Source: Myxococcota bacterium (lineage in GTDB: Bacteria > Myxococcota_A > SURF-8). From it: a stretch of DNA of 64,000 nucleotides. Within the stretch, counting starts at the first letter, position 1; every line of letters starts with the position of its first letter. Position numbers and translations under genes: made by a program. Below the pieces are notes generated by a model. The model saw only the letters and a program-made list of their open reading frames with translations. It did not search any database and had not been told where the DNA came from. Positions 18,621 to 26,951 of this stretch are shown here, piece after piece. Location: NCBI GenBank assembly GCA_963674735.2, contig CAXXQS010000002.1, positions 1,888,001 to 1,952,000 on the forward strand, read 5' to 3'.

Positions 18621-20126
18621 CTACTTCGGCACACCGATCTTTCCCGCCTGCGCATCGAGGATTTTGAGCTGGCCGATGAGGCTGATGATGCGCACCTGCT
18701 CGGCGATGCCGCCGCGCGCAAAGGCCAGATGCGTGACGTCCACGGCGATCTGGCCCCAGGAGGGATCCACCGACAGCCAGCGCCCGACCCACACTTCCGC
18801 CCAGGCGTGGTAGCCGAAACCGCCCATCTCGGGCGCGTACACGATACCCGCCACCTCGCGTGCGGGCAGACCGGCGGCCCGCGCCAGCGCCACGAACAGC
18901 ACCGCATGCTCGCCGCAATCGCCTTCCATCGTCTTCATCACTTCCGAGGCGTTCGAAAATGTGGGAGTATAGCTTTTTTCAACCTTGCGGAACACCCAGT
19001 TCAAAATCTTGCGCGCCAGGGGACCGCTTTGCGACTCGCCCCGGGCCAGTTCGACGGCCTGTTTCACGATGGCCGGATCGTCGCTTTGCAGGCGCGGCGT
19101 GGGAGCCAGTTCGGCGGCGAAGCGCGTGCGGTCGATGTCGGCCATAATCGACGTGGGCCCGTCCAAGCCCGCTTCGCGTGTGACGACCACCTCCAGCGTG
19201 TCGCCGGAAACGACGCGCCAGGCTTGCCGTTCGCCGGTCAGGCGCAGCTTTTCGGGTACGCCCGAAACCCGCGCGCGCAGTTGCGCGGCCGAGGCGGCAT
19301 TGGAAAGCGGTTGGGGCGGACGCACCAGGCTGGTTTCCATGAAGTCGGCCACGGACAGGCCCGACTTGGCCTGCGTTTCGCTTTCCCATTTCGCTTTCAG
19401 CATTCCGGCGATCTGCGTTTCGAGCAAGTCGCCACCCTCGGTGTACCAGCTCACCAGCGCCAACCCCATCTCGTCGATGCGGCCGTCCACGCGCACGACC
19501 TTCGTCGCGACGCCGTGCAGCGGACGGCTTTCGATGCCCGATATTTTATCGTGGGCGGTGATGGGGCGCAGGATCGAGGGATCGAAGCTGCGGCTGGTGC
19601 TTTCGCGCCCCGGCGTCGCTTTGCCGCTGCGGATGGCCAACTCGGTAGCCAGAATATCCTGCAGGCGTTCGCCGGGGTCGGGCAGTGTTTGCGTTTGCGA
19701 GCCGCCGCCCGACAGCGTGACTAGCGTCAACTGCTTGCCGTTGACGATCCCGCGCACGCGCGTCTCGCCGGTGGCGCCCGTCATGGAATAGTCGAGCAGG
19801 GTGAGCTTGCCGCTTGCGGGGTCGAACTGGCGGCGGTCGATGCTGCTCATTTTCGTTTCCATGCCGCCGACGTTCAAGGTGAACGACAAGGCCGTCAGCG
19901 ACTCCAACGCGCCGGGTTGCGGGCGGTGCAGGCGATTGCTCATCCAGCCCACTTTGTGCCCCTGAAAATAAAGGCCGAAATAGCGCGCCGGTCGGTCGAT
20001 GGGCAGCGGCTGCAAGTCGGGATGCAGCGCCGCCTCGGCCATGACCGGCAGGCTCCAGGCGAGCAAGGCGGCAACGAGCAGACATGCAAACAGGCGGGTC
20101 GTCCGAATTCTCGTGTGCGCCGTCAT
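18621..20126 (-). CDS. Exported transglutaminase-like domain protein
   Basis: Signal peptide; Cys-His-Asp triad in GDCGEHA..ARAAGLPAR, YHAWAEV, VDPSWG; ATGA overlap with HIT gene. Confidence 0.88.
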   Translation of the reverse strand: MTAHTRIRTTRLFACLLVAALLAWSLPVMAEAALHPDLQPLPIDRPARYFGLYFQGHKVGWMSNRLHRPQPGALESLTALSFTLNVGGMETKMSSIDRRQFDPASGKLTLLDYSMTGATGETRVRGIVNGKQLTLVTLSGGGSQTQTLPDPGERLQDILATELAIRSGKATPGRESTSRSFDPSILRPITAHDKISGIESRPLHGVATKVVRVDGRIDEMGLALVSWYTEGGDLLETQIAGMLKAKWESETQAKSGLSVADFMETSLVRPPQPLSNAASAAQLRARVSGVPEKLRLTGERQAWRVVSGDTLEVVVTREAGLDGPTSIMADIDRTRFAAELAPTPRLQSDDPAIVKQAVELARGESQSGPLARKILNWVFRKVEKSYTPTFSNASEVMKTMEGDCGEHAVLFVALARAAGLPAREVAGIVYAPEMGGFGYHAWAEVWVGRWLSVDPSWGQIAVDVTHLAFARGGIAEQVRIISLIGQLKILDAQAGKIGVPK

Positions 20127-20467
20127 GCCGGGTTCCAGCCCATTTTGCGGCCCGCCACCAGATGCATATGCAGGTGAAACACCACCTGTCCGGCGTCCTG
20201 ATTGCAATTGACGATGCAGCGATAGCCCTGGGCGGCGAAGCCCTGCTCCTTGGCTATTTTGGCGGCCGCCACGAACAGGTGGCCCAACTCGGCCTGATTG
20301 GCTTCGGTCGCGTCGTTGGTGCCGGGGACGTGGCTGCGCGGCACCAGCAGCAGGTGGATCGGCGCGGCCGGATTGATGTCTTTGAAGGCCACCACCTGGT
20401 CGTCTTCGTAGACGATATCGGCCGGGATTTTTTTGTCGATGATTTTGCAGAACAGGCAGTCTTCCAT
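20123..20467 (-). CDS. hinT: Histidine triad nucleotide-binding protein (HinT/PKCI-like)
   Basis: DCLFCKI..AFKDINPAAPIH..GQVVFHLHMHL; AAGGAG RBS. Confidence 0.92.
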   Translation of the reverse strand: MEDCLFCKIIDKKIPADIVYEDDQVVAFKDINPAAPIHLLLVPRSHVPGTNDATEANQAELGHLFVAAAKIAKEQGFAAQGYRCIVNCNQDAGQVVFHLHMHLVAGRKMGWNPA

Positions 20468-20655
20468 CACGGGTCTCCTTCGATTGAGCGGAGAAAAGCG
20501 GGGCGACCGCGCGGCGCGGCCCATTCCCCGACAACATGTCATCTTCCAGTTCGCCAGTTTACACGCTTATGCGAAGCGGAGCAAACGCTTTAGGCGCGAG
20601 ACGGCGTAGGGCATTTCAATTCTGATTGAGTCTCGAATCATCTTCGATTGGCGAT

Positions 20656-20731
20656 GAGTGGCACGGGCGAAACCGTCAGGTTTGCCCGTGAAAACAGCAT
20701 GGGCAAGCCAAAGGCTCGGCCCATGGCACCC
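20656..20731. repeat. Inverted REP doublet (REPIN-like)
   Basis: GAGTGG-CACGGGC(G)AAACC-GTCA-GGTTT-GCCCGTG, 7-bp spacer, then an inverted related unit CATGGGC-AAGCC-AAA-GGCT-CG-GCCCATG-GCACCC. Confidence 0.6.
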
Positions 20732-20898
20732 CGTAAGCCGAATTATAGTGGGTGGAAAACGGTGAAAAGCTTAGAATTGAAACGCCGTGGAGACGGCGGG
20801 CTTTGCTTGATCTCGGCGGTGGAATCGAGTAAGGTCCGCATTGGAGATGGAAACGAAGACCGGGTTTTGCGAAAACGTCTGATCGAAGAGGAAATGTC

Positions 20899-21837
20899 AT
20901 GAAAGTTCTGGTGACCGGCGGAGCCGGGTTTATCGCCTCGCATGTCACCGACCGTCTGGTGGCGGCGGGACATCAGGTAACGGTGCTCGATAACCTGGAA
21001 ATGGGACGACGTTCCAACGTCAATCCCGAAGCCGCTTTCGTGGAAATGGACATCCGCGATGCGAAGGTGGCCGCCCTTTTCGAGCAAGAACGTTTCGAGG
21101 CCATGGTGCACGCCGCCGCGCAGATGGACGTGCGGCGCAGCGTCGAAAACCCGTCTTTCGATGCCGACGTGAACATTTGCGGATTGTTGAACCTGCTTGA
21201 AGCCGGGCGCTTGAACGGCCTGCAGCACGTGGTGTTCACCTCCACCGGCGGCGCGGCCTACGACGATCACGTCAGCTGGCCGACCCCCGAAACCGCCCCC
21301 GCCCGGCCGGTTTCGCCCTACGGCATCGCCAAAATCGCCTCGGAGTTGTACCTCAATTACTACCACCATCAATACGGACTCACGAGCGTCAGCCTGCGCC
21401 TCGGCAACGTATACGGCCCGCGTCAGAACCCCCACGGCGAAGCGGGCGTGGTGGCTATCTTTTCGCGCAAACTACTCGGCGGCGAAGGCGTCACCATCAA
21501 CGGCGACGGCCGCCAGACGCGCGATTATGTATTTGTCGAAGATGTGGCGCGCGCCATCGAATTGGGCTTGCAGCATCGGCGCGTCGAGGTGCTGAACGTC
21601 GGAACGGCCGTCGAAACCGACGTGGTCGAACTCTACGCGCAGATCCGCCGCGCCGTCGGCGTGGAGTTGCAAGCCGAACACGGCCCGAGCAAGCCGGGCG
21701 AAGTGCGCCGCAGCTGCCTCGATCCCGGCCAAATCGGCGAGGTGCTCGGCTGGAAGGCGGATGTGGTTTTCGCCGACGGCATCGACCGCACGGTGGAGTT
21801 TTTCCGCTGCCAGCAAGCCGATCCCGACGCGCGCTAG
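20899..21837 (+). CDS. NAD-dependent epimerase (UDP-glucose 4-epimerase-like)
   Basis: VTGGAGFIAS, YGIAK, NVYGPRQNPHGEAGVV, QTRDYVFVED. Confidence 0.92.
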   Translation: MKVLVTGGAGFIASHVTDRLVAAGHQVTVLDNLEMGRRSNVNPEAAFVEMDIRDAKVAALFEQERFEAMVHAAAQMDVRRSVENPSFDADVNICGLLNLLEAGRLNGLQHVVFTSTGGAAYDDHVSWPTPETAPARPVSPYGIAKIASELYLNYYHHQYGLTSVSLRLGNVYGPRQNPHGEAGVVAIFSRKLLGGEGVTINGDGRQTRDYVFVEDVARAIELGLQHRRVEVLNVGTAVETDVVELYAQIRRAVGVELQAEHGPSKPGEVRRSCLDPGQIGEVLGWKADVVFADGIDRTVEFFRCQQADPDAR

Positions 21838-22626
21838 ACCTCGCCGCTCTCCAACGGCGGAACGCGGGTTTTTTGTATTCGTAAGCACAATAATGGATAA
21901 TAAATAATTCCAGATGCCCGTTGTGTCCAGTGGAGTCATTCCGCAGGTCGAAGCGCGTCTGCGCCGGGCTCTGGGCGAGAATTCTCAGACTATAACCTCG
22001 CAAGTCCTTGTTATCATGTAGGTTATGGCCGTTTTCGATCCTGTTCGCCGTGCTATCTCGACGCCATTCGACCAAAATCGAAATAATCCTGTCATATCAA
22101 CGACATAAAGGGGCATACTACGATTATCATAAATAGAATATATTTAGTATATGACTAGGCGCGACGAATTTCCGCCTTTTCGCACCGGCCGAGCGTCGTC
22201 GAAACCAGCAGCCGGAAGCGCCGCAAAGACGCTAACATACTGTAATCACGTCGAATATTGCTTTACTTGTTTCGGTGGCGCGGTGACGGAAAGCCGGTAG
22301 CGAGGCGAACAGCGAGATCGGTCGCCTGTATGAGGTGTGACGTATTACGGCAATCCCGGCATTCCGATAGGTATCATGCTTTACCCCCCGGCGCGAGGCC
22401 GAAAAAGTCAATGATTTCAAGAAAAGCGAAAACGACCGCCGTCAAACGGCGCAGGGAGCGCATCGAGCGAATCTACACCTTCCCCGGCAAAGCGGCCAAA
22501 ATGGGCGGTGATGGTGCATTTTTGCAGATATGACCGATTTCGCCGGTCGCGGCAAACGGACGAAACGGCGCAGGCAAGACGATTTTCGATTCGTCGGCGG
22601 AACGCCACTCCGGCCGTCGGTGACGG

Positions 22627-23427
22627 CTAGCTGCGCTTGGTGAGGACACCCTCGATCAGTTGATGGCGGGAATTGAACAGGCGCTTGTAGACCAGCCAGC
22701 AGATCAGGATGCAACTCGTGGAGGTGGCGGCCGCCAGCATGAACATCACCACAATTTGATATTTCACCGACTCCAGCGGGTCGGCCCCGGCCAAAATCTG
22801 GCCCGTCATCATCCCCGGCAACGACACCACGCCCACCACCATCATGGAATTGATCAGCGGAATCATGCCGCGCCGCACCGCTTCGCGGATGGGTGTGCGC
22901 GCCGCCTCCCATTTCGTGGCGCCCAGCGACAGTTCCATCTCCACCAGCTGCCGATGTTCCGAGAAGGCCTGCAGCAGGTAGTCGAGCGAAATCGAGAGGC
23001 CGGTCAGTCCGTTGCCGAGAATCATGCCTAATATTGGAATCATGTATTGCGGATGATACCAGGGCGAGACCTTGACCACCACGCCGGTAACCACGTAGGT
23101 GGTCAGGATTCCGGATAGGACGAGTGTCACCACGGCGCGCCAGGTGATGCCCGAAAAGGTATGCTTGGGGCGCTTCACGGCCGCCCGCGCCGCCGCGACC
23201 ACCATCACGCCCACCACCGCCACCATGGCCGCTCCGCCCTCCAGCGCGAACACGAACTTCAGCACGTAACCCAAAAGCAGCAGTTGCACCACGGTACGCA
23301 GCGAGGCGATCGCCAGGCTTTTTTCGAGGCCCAGACGCATGGCCACACTCACCGCGCCCGCGACCAGAACCAGTCCGGTGGCCAAAAGCAGATCGAGATA
23401 GCTTAAGTGTATCAGGCTTTGAGTCAC
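22627..23427 (-). CDS. fetB: ABC permease FetB/UPF0014 family
   Basis: RTVVQLLLLGYVL, IPILGMILGN, GVVSLPGMMTGQILAG..VKYQI; GTGA overlap with the ATPase. Confidence 0.9.
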   Translation of the reverse strand: MTQSLIHLSYLDLLLATGLVLVAGAVSVAMRLGLEKSLAIASLRTVVQLLLLGYVLKFVFALEGGAAMVAVVGVMVVAAARAAVKRPKHTFSGITWRAVVTLVLSGILTTYVVTGVVVKVSPWYHPQYMIPILGMILGNGLTGLSISLDYLLQAFSEHRQLVEMELSLGATKWEAARTPIREAVRRGMIPLINSMMVVGVVSLPGMMTGQILAGADPLESVKYQIVVMFMLAAATSTSCILICWLVYKRLFNSRHQLIEGVLTKRS

Positions 23428-24128
23428 GCCCGCTGCTCCTTCCCGGCCGATTCGGCAGACGCGGTTTGCACGAGGTGCGGGACCAGGTCGAGCCGCCGCC
23501 CGCACAGACGCGCTGCCTGCACGGCATCGTGGGTCACCATCACCAGGCCCAGCCCGGCCGCCGAAAGCTCCAGCAGCAAGGCCTCCACCGCCTCGACCGC
23601 ATCGGAATCGAGGGCGCTTGTCGGTTCGTCGAGAAAGAGAATGTGCGGATCGAGCAGAAGCGCACGAAGCAGACAGATGCGCTGCTTCTGCCCGACCGAC
23701 AACTGCACCGCGTCGCGTTTCATGAGCGCCGGATCGAGCAGCAGGCGTTGCATCAAACGCTCGGCACGCGCTTTGGGAAACGGCCCGCCGCCACATCGAT
23801 AACCGAAGGGCCGCGCCAGATTTTCCTCCACCCCGCGATCGAACAGCGCCGGTTGCTGGTCCACGTAAACGGCCCGTCGCCGATAAAGCGGCCAGCCGAT
23901 CGTCTCGGGTTCTTCATCAACGAGGCGTAAAACACCATCGGCCGCCGGAATCAGGCCCGCCAGCGTGCGTAAAAGCGTGGTTTTGCCGCAGCCCGACGGA
24001 CCCGTCACCGCCAGCCGCTCGCCGGGAGCGAGGCGAATATCGAGGTCTTGCAGCAGGCGCACACCGGCCACCTGCACCGCCCCGGCGCGAAAGGAAAACA
24101 GGGCGGATACCGTTTGGGGTGTCGTCAT
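23424..24128 (-). CDS. ABC transporter ATP-binding protein (FetA-like)
   Basis: GPSGCGKTT, LSVGQKQR, LFLDEPTSALD, VTHD. Confidence 0.9.
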   Translation of the reverse strand: MTTPQTVSALFSFRAGAVQVAGVRLLQDLDIRLAPGERLAVTGPSGCGKTTLLRTLAGLIPAADGVLRLVDEEPETIGWPLYRRRAVYVDQQPALFDRGVEENLARPFGYRCGGGPFPKARAERLMQRLLLDPALMKRDAVQLSVGQKQRICLLRALLLDPHILFLDEPTSALDSDAVEAVEALLLELSAAGLGLVMVTHDAVQAARLCGRRLDLVPHLVQTASAESAGKEQRA

Positions 24129-24138
24129 TTAGCGAAAT

Positions 24139-24330
24139 TCAGTGAAAGGGTTTGGGCTTGGAGCCGGGAAAATCGCCTTGCTCGTCATCCGTTTCCTCTT
24201 CAGAGGATACGTCGTCGCTCAACCAGTCGAAGAGGTCGGATTCCTTGCAGCGCTTGCAGCAAAAAGGCCGATACGGATTTTCCGGCCCATAGACCGTTTC
24301 GTTTCCGCAACGTGGGCATCGTACCTTCAC
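24139..24330 (-). CDS. yacG: DNA gyrase inhibitor YacG
   Basis: CPRCG..NPYRPFCCKRC..DL..W Zn finger and acidic tail. Confidence 0.85.
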   Translation of the reverse strand: MKVRCPRCGNETVYGPENPYRPFCCKRCKESDLFDWLSDDVSSEEETDDEQGDFPGSKPKPFH

Positions 24331-26720
24331 GATTCGTCTCCGCTTGCTTCCGCTGCCGGGTCGCCCACATTGAAATGAAAGCCACCCGCGCCGTTATCGG
24401 CCACCGTGACGTAATCGCCGCCACGTACATCACCACGTAAAATCATACTCGCCAGCGGCCCCTCGATCAAGCTTTGAATGGCCCGGCGCATGGGACGCGC
24501 GCCGTAAAGCGGATCGTAGCCGCCGTTGTCGATCAACAAAGACGGCACCTCCGCCGCGAAGACGAGCCGGATGCCCTTTTCCTTGAGCAGACGCTCCGCG
24601 CTGCGGTCCATCAATAAAAGCGCCACCTGACGCACTTCGTCTTTGGTGAGCGGCTCGAAAACGATCTTGTCGTCGATGCGGTTGTAAAACTCGGGCGCCA
24701 GGGTCCGCTTGACGCTGGCGAGAACTTCCGCGCGCCGCCGCGCCCGCATGTCGGCCGGGGCGGTGAAACCCAGCGAACGCCCGGACTTGCTGAAGATATC
24801 GCTGCCCAGGTTGCTGGTCATGATGACCACCGCGTGGGTGAAATCGACCGTGCGCCCCAGGTTGTCGGTCAAGCGTCCATCCTCCAGCACCTGCAACAGC
24901 AGCTGGTGAATATCCGGATGACCTTTCTCGATTTCGTCGAACAGCACCAGCTGGAACGGCCGCCGCCGCATGCTGTCGGTCAAAACGCCGCCCTCTTGAT
25001 AGCCCACGTATCCCGGCGGCGCTCCGATGAGCTTGGCCACCGAATGGGGCTCGGCATACTCACTCATATCGAAACGCACCATGGCGTCCCGGTTGCCGAA
25101 CAGCTCCGAGGCCAAGGCGCGCGCGATTTCCGTCTTGCCGACGCCGGTGGGGCCGACGAACAGAAAGCTTCCCATGGGCCGCTCGCCGCCGAAACCGGCC
25201 ACGTTGCGCCGCAGCGACTCGGCAATCAACGCCAGCACCTCGCGATGGCCGACGATACGCCGCGCCAGGTTGTCCTCCAACTTGAGGTAGCGCTCGGCAT
25301 CGTCGAGCACCAGTTGGTCGACCGGCACGCTGGTAAGCTTGGAGACGACCTTGGCGACCGTCCGTTCCGTCACCTGATCTTCGCCCGATCGACGCGCCCG
25401 CGCGCCGGCCAGATCGAGGATGGTGATGGATTTATCCGGCTGATGGCGGTCGCGCATGTAGCGGTTGGACAGCTTCACGATCAGCGGCAGGGTGTTGATA
25501 TCGAAGCTGATGCCGTGATGTTCTTCATAGCTCGACAGCACCGAGGCCAACACCCGCAGCGTGGCCTCTTCGTCGGGCTCGTCCAATTCGAGAATGTGAA
25601 AGCGCCGCGCCAGGGCGGGATCTTTTTCGATGGTTTTTTTGTATTCGTCGTTGGTGGTCGCGCCGATGCAGGGAAATTCGCCCCGCGACAGAGCGGCCTT
25701 GAGTTCCTGGGCGATTTCCTGCGCCCCATCCACCGATCCCTGCACGAGGGTGTGGATCTCGTCGAGGAACACGATGGCGTCTCCCTGCGCTTCGCGTACT
25801 TCGCGCCGCAGGGAACTCATGCGCTCGGAAAACGATCCGCGCAAGTGCGTGCCCTTGAACATGGAGGCGACTTCCAGCTGAAACAGACGCCGCCCGGCCA
25901 AACCCGGCACCACGTCGGGTTCGAAGGCCATCATCCAGGCCAGCCCTTCGACCAACGCCGTCTTTCCGACCCCCGACGGCCCCAGAATCAAGGGATTGTT
26001 AGCCTTGCGCTTGTTCAGAATATCGATGAGTTCCATCAGCTCGCGGCTGCGTTCCTCCACCGGTTCGATTTCCCCGGCGCGCACCTTGGCCAGCATGTCC
26101 ACGGCGACTTCGGACAAAACCGGGAAACGGCGGTCGCCCGGGGTGGGACGCGGCCGTGCGGCGCTGGTGGGAGCGATCTCGGCGGTAACGGCACGGCGCG
26201 TTTCGGGCTGATGCACCGGCGCTTGCCGGGCAGCCGAAGGCGGGTTTGACGCGGCGGCACTCGCCATGGCCCGCTTGCGTCGATCATGCTCGCGAAAGAG
26301 ATCGGCATAGCGTTTCGGCATGCCGTTAACCAGTAAGGATATCGCACGGTTACGCAACTTCGGAACCGACACTCCTGCCCGGTCGAGCATCGAATAGGCG
26401 CGCGTTCCGCGATGGCGGCACAACGCCACGACCAGATGCAGGCAATTGACCTCCGGGTTGCGGTACTTCATGGAGGTTTCTTCGGAAAACGTCAACAGAT
26501 CCTCGACGGCGTCGGAGGCTTCCGGGAGCGCGGGATCGACGAAAGGCAGCAAGGCCTCCTCGTTATATCCCTCGTCGCAAAACAGCAACCCGCCGGAATT
26601 ATCCAGCATAAACAGCGCAAAGATCAGGTGGATGCTGTTCAGCTCTTCCCCGAGTTGTTCGCAGGAATCGAGCGCTTCGTCGATGACGTATCGTAGTTCA
26701 GGACTGTACGGTCTGGCCAT
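24327..26720 (-). CDS. ATP-dependent Clp protease ATP-binding subunit (ClpA/ClpC-like, no M domain)
   Basis: Clp-N domain; GPSGVGKT and GPTGVGKT; KLIGAPPGYVGY; ClpP-docking SLGF loop; YGARPMRR. Confidence 0.92.
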   Translation of the reverse strand: MARPYSPELRYVIDEALDSCEQLGEELNSIHLIFALFMLDNSGGLLFCDEGYNEEALLPFVDPALPEASDAVEDLLTFSEETSMKYRNPEVNCLHLVVALCRHRGTRAYSMLDRAGVSVPKLRNRAISLLVNGMPKRYADLFREHDRRKRAMASAAASNPPSAARQAPVHQPETRRAVTAEIAPTSAARPRPTPGDRRFPVLSEVAVDMLAKVRAGEIEPVEERSRELMELIDILNKRKANNPLILGPSGVGKTALVEGLAWMMAFEPDVVPGLAGRRLFQLEVASMFKGTHLRGSFSERMSSLRREVREAQGDAIVFLDEIHTLVQGSVDGAQEIAQELKAALSRGEFPCIGATTNDEYKKTIEKDPALARRFHILELDEPDEEATLRVLASVLSSYEEHHGISFDINTLPLIVKLSNRYMRDRHQPDKSITILDLAGARARRSGEDQVTERTVAKVVSKLTSVPVDQLVLDDAERYLKLEDNLARRIVGHREVLALIAESLRRNVAGFGGERPMGSFLFVGPTGVGKTEIARALASELFGNRDAMVRFDMSEYAEPHSVAKLIGAPPGYVGYQEGGVLTDSMRRRPFQLVLFDEIEKGHPDIHQLLLQVLEDGRLTDNLGRTVDFTHAVVIMTSNLGSDIFSKSGRSLGFTAPADMRARRRAEVLASVKRTLAPEFYNRIDDKIVFEPLTKDEVRQVALLLMDRSAERLLKEKGIRLVFAAEVPSLLIDNGGYDPLYGARPMRRAIQSLIEGPLASMILRGDVRGGDYVTVADNGAGGFHFNVGDPAAEASGDES

Positions 26721-26786
26721 GAATGTTATCGAATCTCGTTTTGGGGTATGAAATCAGGTCGTTTTCGGCTCCAGCAAAGTATACTA

Positions 26787-26815
26787 ATTATACCTGAGTG
26801 ACCCGCCAGGGTCAA
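26787..26815 (-). promoter_or_regulatory. Sigma70 promoter TTGACC-N17-TATAAT for the clp operon, overlapped by a TGACCC-N4-GGGTCA palindrome
   Basis: Minus-strand -35 at 26815-26810, -10 at 26792-26787; inverted repeat at 26799-26814. Confidence 0.7.
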
Positions 26816-26872
26816 GCTCATGCCTAAAAAACCCCCGGAATTTTTCAGGAAACTTTCCCCCTCTACTTATAA

Positions 26873-26901
26873 TTGACAGCCGAGCCACTTACCGTTAAAG
26901 T
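26873..26901 (+). promoter_or_regulatory. Sigma70 promoter TTGACA-N17-TAAAGT for the S8 protease
   Basis: Perfect -35, 17-bp spacer, 50 bp before ATG 26952. Confidence 0.6.
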
Positions 26902-26951
26902 AGGTACCCTGCTTCTTGTTCTTTCCGCAGACTATCGAGAGGTCTATCCCG

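Noticed and set aside
21870-22155. oriC or a complete dif site
   Set aside because: No DnaA boxes seen; only single Xer-like arms without a correctly spaced partner.
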